The position numbers and the translations under genes are program-made. The notes below the pieces were generated by a model. It ran no database searches and had not been told where the DNA came from. It was given only the letters and a program-made list of their open reading frames with translations. From an uncultured Lentisphaerales bacterium (GTDB lineage Bacteria > Verrucomicrobiota > Lentisphaeria > JABSQK01 > UBA12247), in contig CALSSJ010000022.1 in assembly GCA_943788985.1 (NCBI GenBank), forward strand, positions 156,059 to 220,058: a stretch of DNA of 64,000 nucleotides, in the 5' to 3' direction. This document shows, piece by piece, positions 42,623-50,185 of the stretch; positions within the stretch are counted from its first letter, which is position 1; each line of letters begins with the position of its first letter.

Positions 42623-44062
42623 ATGCCTACATCTCCTTCAATTCCTGCTTTCCGTCTTGGTGTGCTGTATGACAGCTTGAACCAGGTTGCGATCGACGAC
42701 TGCCGCGGCGGCGAGCCGGTGGGCACCATGGGCCTGGTCAATGCCGGCGTGGTGCGCCGCGATCTGCGTAAAATTGAGGAATCGTTTGCTTGCCTCCAAG
42801 CGTTGTCGATTGAGGAGATGATCGCGATTTGCGGTCGTGCCGCCGAACTATTTATGGACGGAGACCTGTTCCTGACTGCGAGTCAGTCGCAGACGGCGGC
42901 CGATTACGTGCGCCAGCTTTCCGCCTCGAGCGGGCTGCCACATGCGCTCATTCGTAGCAACATGGAAAAGATTGCTTTTGTCCTGCGTGAAGTGCGGTCG
43001 GTGGTAAATGGGCTGACTCGCGGGTTGCCGTTCGAGGCGATCGAGCAGGGAATCCTGCAGACGGATGCCTCGTTGCTGAGCTTTTATCCGGCGACGACCT
43101 GCCTAGGAGCCGTGCTTCCGAGCAACTCTCCGGGCGTGAATTCGCTCTGGGTCCCGGCATTGGCACTGCGAATTCCGGTGATGCTCAAACCCGGCAAACA
43201 GGATCCGTGGACGCCGTGGCGCATGATTCAGGCGTTGATCGCAGGGGGCTGCCCAAGCGAGGCGTTCGGCTACTATCCGACCGATCACGAGGGTTCGAAT
43301 GTGCTGGCAGACAGCTGTGGCCGGGTGATTCTGTTTGGCGATGCCAAGACGGTCGCCCGGCACGCGGGGGATCCGCGCGTGAGTTGCCACGGGCCTGGCT
43401 ACAGCAAGATCGTGATGGGAGAGGACTGCGTCGACGAGTGGCCGCGCTACGTGAATGTGCTGGCGGATTCGATGCTGCGCAATAGTGGCCGCAGCTGTGT
43501 AAATGCTTCGACGATTGTGGTGCCGCGGCATGGTGCGGAGATCGCAAAGGCGATCGCCGAGCAGGCGATCAAGCTGGTCCCAAGACCGCTGGAGGCTGCG
43601 GATGCCGGACTGGCCGGGTTTACGAATGCGGCGTGGGCCGAGGCAATCGACGAGCTGATCGAGCAAGCGCTGGAGGAGCCAGGGGCCGTGGACGTGTCCG
43701 CTGCGCTTCGAGGCGGAAACCGGCTGGTCAGTTGCGATGGCATCAGCTACCTGCACCCCACGGTGGTGCATTGTGCGGACTCCGCACATTCACTGGCGAA
43801 GACGGAGTACATGTTCCCGTTTTGCTCGGTGGTGCAAATGCCACAGGCGGAGATGGCCGCATGGGTTGGGCCATCGCTGGTGGTTTCGGCGATCACCGAT
43901 GATGTGGGCTTTCGGGCGGAGTTGTTGCAGAGTGCGCACATTGACCGCCTGAACCTAGGGCCAATTCCCACGCCCAAGGTGGCGTGGGATCAGCCGCATG
44001 AGGGGAATTTGTTCGAGTTCTTGTACGCGCGGCGCGCGATTCAGGAGCAGCGCTGTGGCTGA
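42623..44062 (+). CDS. Aldehyde dehydrogenase-fold protein, acyl-CoA/acyl-AMP reductase-like
   Basis: LPSNSP, LKPG, NSGRSCVNAS (catalytic Cys), EYMFPF; HGPG where ELGG is normally found; C-terminal QPHEGNLFEFLY. Confidence 0.8.
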   Translation: MPTSPSIPAFRLGVLYDSLNQVAIDDCRGGEPVGTMGLVNAGVVRRDLRKIEESFACLQALSIEEMIAICGRAAELFMDGDLFLTASQSQTAADYVRQLSASSGLPHALIRSNMEKIAFVLREVRSVVNGLTRGLPFEAIEQGILQTDASLLSFYPATTCLGAVLPSNSPGVNSLWVPALALRIPVMLKPGKQDPWTPWRMIQALIAGGCPSEAFGYYPTDHEGSNVLADSCGRVILFGDAKTVARHAGDPRVSCHGPGYSKIVMGEDCVDEWPRYVNVLADSMLRNSGRSCVNASTIVVPRHGAEIAKAIAEQAIKLVPRPLEAADAGLAGFTNAAWAEAIDELIEQALEEPGAVDVSAALRGGNRLVSCDGISYLHPTVVHCADSAHSLAKTEYMFPFCSVVQMPQAEMAAWVGPSLVVSAITDDVGFRAELLQSAHIDRLNLGPIPTPKVAWDQPHEGNLFEFLYARRAIQEQRCG

Positions 44063-44618
44063 GGATTCTCCATCCTGGCCGATGGACTTGTTTATGAACG
44101 ACCGTGACCTCCCACTGCTGGAACTGCAGCAGGGCGCGGAGATTCCGCCGCCGTACCGAGACTTGCTGGTGCATATGAGGGAGATGACGCCGACGCTAGA
44201 GGCGTATTACGGCAGCTCGATTCATATCGAGCCTCTGCAGGTGCTGGATGGCCAGCTGACGTTTACCCGTGAGGCATTGCTGCGGCTGGATTCGTGCGAT
44301 AGAGTCGTGGAGTACGGGGTCTTGCGGGCGCACTTGGGCCTGCTGTCACCAGAAGCCGTGGAGTTGTTGCGAGCTCGGCGGGTGCCGATGGGGACTATTC
44401 TGGCGCGGTGCGGGGTGACGCACAGCTCGAGCCCAAGCGGCTTTTTCCGCTTCCGGAATCCGAAATTCGCGGCCGACAAGTTTTGTTTGGTATGGGACGG
44501 CTGGCTATACGGTCGGCGCAATACGCTGTTAAATGAGTCAGGTAGGCCGCTCGCCGAAGTGTGTGAGATCTTGCCGCCGGACGCACAGACTGGAGGTCGT
44601 GATGAGTCAGGAGTTTGA
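44055..44618 (+). CDS. Chorismate pyruvate-lyase-like protein (UbiC/Rv2949c fold)
   Basis: [37 protein letters not shown] pattern; about 187 aa. Confidence 0.62.
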   Translation: MAEDSPSWPMDLFMNDRDLPLLELQQGAEIPPPYRDLLVHMREMTPTLEAYYGSSIHIEPLQVLDGQLTFTREALLRLDSCDRVVEYGVLRAHLGLLSPEAVELLRARRVPMGTILARCGVTHSSSPSGFFRFRNPKFAADKFCLVWDGWLYGRRNTLLNESGRPLAEVCEILPPDAQTGGRDESGV

Positions 44619-45848
44619 TGTTCTTGTGGTGGGTGGTGGGCCGGGAGGGGCGACGGCCGCTGCAATTTTGGCCCAACGCGGGTATGCGGTGGCGCTGCTC
44701 GATCGGGCTACGTTTCCGCGCTATCGGGTCGGCGAGTCAATGATCCCGTACAACTACTTTCCGCTGGAAAAGGCGGGCATGATCCCCGCGTTGCGGAGTT
44801 CGCAATTCCCGCAAAAATATAGCGTGCAGTTCATCGGCCAAAGTGGTCGTCAGTCGCAAACCATTCTACTTTGATACACATATCGATCACGAGTGTGCCC
44901 AGACTTGGCAGGTGACGCGTGGGCTGTTCGACGCGATGCTGGTAGACCAGTGCCGCAAGGTGGGTGTAACGGTGGTAGAAGGCATGCAGGCGGTGGAGCT
45001 GATTGAGCAGAACGATGCGGTCGTAGGCGTCGTGGCTCGCGGGTTGGATCGGACGGAGCATCGGTATCGGGCGAAGATGACGATGGACGCGAGCGGCGGC
45101 CACGGCTTTGCCATGGGCCAACTAGGCTGGCGGATCTATGACCCAGGCCTGGAGAAGGTGGCAATCTGGGGCTATTTCAAGGGCGCCAAACGGGATGAGG
45201 GCAAGGACGAAGGCGCGACCACGATTACCTACCTGGAAGGAAAGAACTGGCTGTGGTACATCCCGCTGCAGGATGACATCGTCAGTGTCGGGGTGGTCGG
45301 TGATGACGACTACATCTACCGGGAAAGCCGGGATCTACAGACGATTTTTGAGACGGCTTGTGAGAAGAACACGTGGATCCGCGAGCACATGGCCGGCAGC
45401 CAGATCGCCGGGAAGTATCGCAGCTGCGTGCATCGCTCTTATCGCTCGCGGCATTGCGCCAAGAATGGCCTGGTGCTGCTCGGGCGATGCGTTTTCATTT
45501 TTGGATCCGGTCTTTTCGACCGGGATGTTTATTGCGCTGCGCACGGCGGATTTGGCGGCGGAGGCCGTGGACCTGGCGCTGAAGGCTGGGGATGTCTCGG
45601 GCAGCCAGTTTATCGAGTATGGCGAGAAGGCGTGCCGCGAGATCGAGATGCTGCGGAGACTGGTCTACGCCTTCTACGCGGATCGCTTCAGCTTTAAGCA
45701 GATTGTGGTGAAGTACCCGGAGCTGAAGGACGCGATCACGGATTGCCTCGTGGGGCATTTGGATCGAGATTTCAGCGAGCTGTGCAGCGCGCTGGCGGAA
45801 TTTTTGGAGTTGCCGCCGGTCGTGGAGCACGGCCGCGCAAAAGAATAA
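44602..45848 (+). CDS. Flavin-dependent halogenase-like protein; +1 frameshifts near 44859 and 45483
   Basis: [19 protein letters not shown] (catalytic Lys position), WLWYIP (WxWxIP), [14 protein letters not shown] across three consecutive frames. Confidence 0.78.
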
Positions 45849-45957
45849 ACAATGCCCAACAACCAACAGGGATTGTCCAATTTCCAATGAAGACCGCAGA
45901 TAGGGCTTGGATGTCGACTGGTCTGAGATAAAGAATTTTTCTAGGGATTGATAGACG

Positions 45958-46482
45958 ATGAAATGGCTATGGTTTGCACTGATGACGGTCTCGATGTGGG
46001 GACTGTATGGGATTTGCCTGCATGCGGGGCAGTTGGGCATGAACGATCCGGTCAATGGCCGCTACAAGGCGTTCTTCTGGGTGGGGATTGCGTATTTCCT
46101 GACTGCGGTCTTGGCACCGGCGGCGATTCTGACGATGCAGGGCGCGGACTGGTCGTTTCCGAAGGCCGGGCTGACCTGGTCGCTGATCGCCGGGCTGGTG
46201 GGAGCTGGTGGGGCGTTCTGCGTGCTGCTGGCGTTTGGCGCCAAGGGCACGCCTGCGACGGTGATGACCATTGTTTTTGCTGGCGCGCCGATCGTGAACG
46301 CTGTGGTGTTTATCTGTATGCACCCGCCGGAAGGGGGCTTTACCGCGCTGCCACTGCCGTTTATTCTGGGCATCGTGCTGGCCATTACCGGCGGCGGACT
46401 GGTGACCTACTACAAGCCGACTCCGGCCAAGGCACACAAACCGATGCCAGAGGCGGTCAGCCCCGCTGCCGATGCCAGGTAG
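45958..46482 (+). CDS. Small five-TM membrane protein, EamA/DMT-like
   Basis: WGLYG first helix, five hydrophobic segments, APIVN motif. Confidence 0.6.
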   Translation: MKWLWFALMTVSMWGLYGICLHAGQLGMNDPVNGRYKAFFWVGIAYFLTAVLAPAAILTMQGADWSFPKAGLTWSLIAGLVGAGGAFCVLLAFGAKGTPATVMTIVFAGAPIVNAVVFICMHPPEGGFTALPLPFILGIVLAITGGGLVTYYKPTPAKAHKPMPEAVSPAADAR

Positions 46483-47707
46483 CGCCGACTATCCGAGGCT
46501 GCGGAGTCAGCAACAGCAGGCACTCAGCGTGTTGCTGGGCAAGCTGACGGCGAGCAACGCCTTCTACGGACCGCGGATTCGCGCTGCTGGACTAGCGCGC
46601 GAAGATGTTACGCTGGATGATTTCTGCGCGGCGATGCCGGTCACGACCCGGGAGGACTGGGCTCAGGATCAGATCGATCATCCACCATTTGGCACGAATC
46701 TGACCTACCCGGAGTCCGCGTATATCCGATTCTGCAGGACGAGCGGCAGCACGGGGCGGCCAATGACCTGGCTGGATACGCGGGAGAGTTGGGCTGGGTT
46801 GCTAGATAGCTGGGGACGGGTGTTTGCGGCCGTCGGATTGGTGAAGCCGACGCGGATTTTTTTCGCCTTCTCGTTTGGGCCGTTCCTGGGCTTTTGGACG
46901 GCGTATGAGGCCGCGACGAAGTTTAACCACCTGTGCATTCCGGGCGGCGGCTTGCCGTCGGAGGCGCGGCTGCACTTGCTGATGGATACGCAGGCGGAGG
47001 TGCTGTGTTGTACACCTACGTACGCGATTCGGCTGGCGCACGTGGCGGCGGAGAAAGGGATAGACTTGGCCCAAAGCGGAGTGCGCAGTATCATCGTGGC
47101 TGGAGAGCCGGGCGGTAGCCTGCCGGCGGTGCGGGCGCAAATTTCAGAGGCCTGGCCCGGGGCGCAGGTGTACGACCACCATGGCATGACCGAGGTGGGG
47201 CCGGTGACGTATCAATGCCCGGCGGAGCCAGGCGTGCTGCATGTGATGGAGAATGCCTACCTGGCAGAGGTTGTGGACGACGAGCTACTTTTGACAACGC
47301 TGCTGCGTGATGGCTCGCCCTTGCTGCGCTACCGTACGGGAGATGTAGTGCAGGCCGAGCGCCACGAGCCATGTGCATGTGGAAGCCATGAGCTGCGGTT
47401 GGTCGGCGGGATTCGTGCCCGCAAGGATGACATGGTGGTGATACGCGGGGTGAATGTGTTTCCCGCCGCCGTCGACGAGATCGTCCGTTCGGTGCCGGGG
47501 ATTGTCGAGTATCAGGTGCGGATATCGCAACCTGAAGACCTGCCTGAGTTGACGGTGTTGATCGAAGCGCCGGATGGCGAGGCAACCGCGGAGAGGCTGC
47601 ACCGGAGCCTGCAGGGCGGGCTTTGTCTGCGCATTCCGGTGGAGCTGGCAGAGGCTGGGAGCCTGCCAAGATTTGAACTGAAAGCAAAGCGCTGGATTCG
47701 CTGCTGA
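46472..47707 (+). CDS. Phenylacetate-CoA ligase family (PaaK-like) adenylate-forming enzyme
   Basis: TSGSTGRP, CTPTYA, AGEPG, DHHGMTEVG, LLRYRTGD, RKDDMVVIRGVNVFP, LPRFELKAKR. Confidence 0.9.
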   Translation: MPGSADYPRLRSQQQQALSVLLGKLTASNAFYGPRIRAAGLAREDVTLDDFCAAMPVTTREDWAQDQIDHPPFGTNLTYPESAYIRFCRTSGSTGRPMTWLDTRESWAGLLDSWGRVFAAVGLVKPTRIFFAFSFGPFLGFWTAYEAATKFNHLCIPGGGLPSEARLHLLMDTQAEVLCCTPTYAIRLAHVAAEKGIDLAQSGVRSIIVAGEPGGSLPAVRAQISEAWPGAQVYDHHGMTEVGPVTYQCPAEPGVLHVMENAYLAEVVDDELLLTTLLRDGSPLLRYRTGDVVQAERHEPCACGSHELRLVGGIRARKDDMVVIRGVNVFPAAVDEIVRSVPGIVEYQVRISQPEDLPELTVLIEAPDGEATAERLHRSLQGGLCLRIPVELAEAGSLPRFELKAKRWIRC

Positions 47708-47721
47708 ACAAGGGATGAATC

Positions 47722-49590
47722 ATGACTGACTGCAACCATTTTGGGCTTGATGCCGGGCCAGAGGCCTTCGCGCGTTTGGCCCCGCATGTTCCGTCGATCT
47801 CGGGCAATTTTGAAATTCCAATGCATGTGGGCAAGCTGATCGCGGCGTGGGATCGGCCGAAGTTTGTGGCTGCGGAGTCCGCAATCCACATGCGCGATGA
47901 CGACTACGTAGTGGGGCTGGTGCACAACGGCGTGGCCCGTGCCTACCCGATGTGGGTGACCGATAACTACCACATGATCAACGACAAGATTGGCGGCGAC
48001 CCAGTGCTGTACGCGACCTGCGAGCGCTGTCAGTCTGGATCCGCCTTTCTGGCCGAAGTACAGGGCCAGCCCGCGAAGTTCAGCGCTTTGGGGATGCACA
48101 ATGCGTCGCTGACGATGATGAATCGCAAGCGCGGTCCGGTGACCAAGGGTAGCCTGTGGCTGCACTACGAGGGCGTCGCGATCACGGGCCCAGAACAAGG
48201 CAACTTTCTGCGCCAACTGGCCACCTATCACATGACCTGGGAGGAGTGGCGTACCGCGCATCCCGAGAGCGACGTGATGCTGGCGCCGGACGATGTGCAT
48301 CACCGCGACGCGCGGCATGGGCACGGACGCGAGGAGATTTTTGCCCGGCCTGGGATGGACCAGCCGCTGGCTTCGACCATCACCACTAGCTTCGACACGC
48401 GCTACCCCGAGAACGAGGTGGTGCTGGGCATCAATATTGACGCGGGCATCCGCGCCTATCCGCTGGTGGAAGTGAAACGTAGCGGCAGCGTGGTCAACGA
48501 TGTGCTCGGTGAATTGCCGATCGTCGTATTTGCCGGGCCACGGCCGGAGCAAGTGACGCTGGCCGCGTTCTGCCGGATCGTGAATGGCGAGGCGCTGAGC
48601 TTTGAACTCGCGGACGGGGCGTTTCGGGATCGTGAAACTGGGAGCACTTGGTCGGTCGAGGGGCAAGCATTGGCGGGGCCGCTGGCTGGCGAAAGTCTGA
48701 TCGCGTTGCGCGGCCAATACGTGCGCTGGCACGCCTGGGTATATCCGCATCCGGAGTCCGAACTGTATACAACGCCCCAGGCCATGCTGCGCTATGCGGA
48801 TCTGCCGGACGCAGCGAAGAGCAAGGCACTGGTGCCGGTGGTTGCCGGGATGGAGGCGCTCGGACTTACGGTCTACCTACACCACCAGATTGTGAATCTG
48901 AGCCTGCCGCATGAGGCAAAATCCGGGGTCTGTGTATTTGCCGGAAACGATCGTCTTAACCTCTACGAGTTTGAATCGGCTTCTGCTGCCGAGGATTACG
49001 TCGCATTTCAGGGGGCGTGGTTTTGCTGGCCCTTTGGGGTGAAGGTGGGGCGCAAGCGGGCGGCGCGTGCTGGCCGGCTTGTCGTGGAGTCAGATCCCAC
49101 GCGGACCTTTGCCGAGCCGACGCAGATTATCCGCTATCCGGACGAGCAGATCCCGTGGTCCTTTTTGGTGCAGGACGAGGCGGCAGTGGCGACTTGGTCT
49201 GTGGAGATCGCAGACGAGCCACTTACGGAGCCGTCCTACCGCGGCTTGATCGCCGGGTTGAAGGCGCGGCGGATCGATACGGTGGAAGCGGCCTATCTGC
49301 CGCACAGTCAACAGCGTCCCGGGACGCTGAGCTGCATTGCCGCGACGCTCGAGGCGGGGCGCTTCGCGATCTATCGCTGTGAATCCGAGGCCGCCGCGGA
49401 TGCGATCATCGCCGATGTCGGCCATGCGATTCGGGTGGGGACGTGGGTGTTTCGTTCGATTCCGGTGCTGATGTATGAGGAGCCGCATTACGAGATGGGC
49501 ATGTTGCCGGACGAGAAGATCGACTGGTCGCCTTTGCTGGGCGATGCCCAGTTTCGCAAGGCGCTCGAGGAGATTCTAGGCGGCGCGTGA
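47722..49590 (+). CDS. DUF3179-domain protein with duplicated C-terminal domain
   Basis: ARAYP..V...H.MIND..GG.PV..T.CERC.SG, G.AI.GP..G..L, TW.EWR..HP.S, DRETGSTW...G.A..GPL.G. Confidence 0.75.
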   Translation: MTDCNHFGLDAGPEAFARLAPHVPSISGNFEIPMHVGKLIAAWDRPKFVAAESAIHMRDDDYVVGLVHNGVARAYPMWVTDNYHMINDKIGGDPVLYATCERCQSGSAFLAEVQGQPAKFSALGMHNASLTMMNRKRGPVTKGSLWLHYEGVAITGPEQGNFLRQLATYHMTWEEWRTAHPESDVMLAPDDVHHRDARHGHGREEIFARPGMDQPLASTITTSFDTRYPENEVVLGINIDAGIRAYPLVEVKRSGSVVNDVLGELPIVVFAGPRPEQVTLAAFCRIVNGEALSFELADGAFRDRETGSTWSVEGQALAGPLAGESLIALRGQYVRWHAWVYPHPESELYTTPQAMLRYADLPDAAKSKALVPVVAGMEALGLTVYLHHQIVNLSLPHEAKSGVCVFAGNDRLNLYEFESASAAEDYVAFQGAWFCWPFGVKVGRKRAARAGRLVVESDPTRTFAEPTQIIRYPDEQIPWSFLVQDEAAVATWSVEIADEPLTEPSYRGLIAGLKARRIDTVEAAYLPHSQQRPGTLSCIAATLEAGRFAIYRCESEAAADAIIADVGHAIRVGTWVFRSIPVLMYEEPHYEMGMLPDEKIDWSPLLGDAQFRKALEEILGGA

Positions 49591-49763
49591 GTGGCTGGGG
49601 GTAGGAGAGGAGGATTCTACAGGCGGGCAGGAAGGTTCGGAGGGAAGAATTAGACTCCCGCAGGCGCAAAGACGCAGAGAAGAAACGCTCGCGCGAATGG
49701 TGAAAAGCGTAATGACGGCGAGCGCGATGGTGGGGGGAAGAAGCCATTGGCCAGCGTTTAGCG

Positions 49764-49810
49764 GATCGACTCGAGTCGACCCCATCGACTGCAGTCGACT
49801 CGAATCGATC
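49764..49810. terminator. 17-bp stem hairpin between convergent genes
   Basis: gatcgactcgagtcgac / gtcgactcgaatcgatc (16/17 complementary), 13-nt loop, followed by tgttt. Confidence 0.5.
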
Positions 49811-49856
49811 TGTTTGCAGTCCGTCTGCTATCGCACGGTTTGGGGCCAAAGTCGCA

Positions 49857-50119
49857 TCACTGGTGAGGGCCGTCGGCCAGGTGAATGTCCAGGATTTTGA
49901 CGTGTTTGTCGTTGACGTCGATCCAATATTTGATCGCGTACCGGCGAAAAACGTGCACCTCTACTGTGTAGGGATCGGTACCGGTTTCCTGATAGTCACT
50001 GAAGCGTTCTGGGTAGCTGCGGATGTTATTGAATTGCTCTAGCAGTTGCTGTCGCTCTCGGGGCGCTGGCTGTTGAGGAAGGAAAGCGCGTCCAAGTCTA
50101 CGAGCAGGCGATAAGTCAA
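49857..50119 (-). pseudogene. RelE/ParE-like small protein with a -1 frameshift
   Basis: TTG start gives MTYRLLVDLDALSFLN../RERQQLL..F..I..YP...Y.IKYWID..DKHVKILDI; preceded by an overlapping ORF tail EVQVDEIMRQGTN*. Confidence 0.5.
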
Positions 50120-50185
50120 TTGGTGCCTTGGCGCATGATCTCGTCAACCTGGACTTCCTGTTAAATAGGGAGCGCGGGTCGCTTT

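Noticed and set aside
47722..49590. Selenocysteine in the DUF3179 protein
   Set aside because: The motif is CERC with ordinary Cys codons and there is no in-frame TGA.
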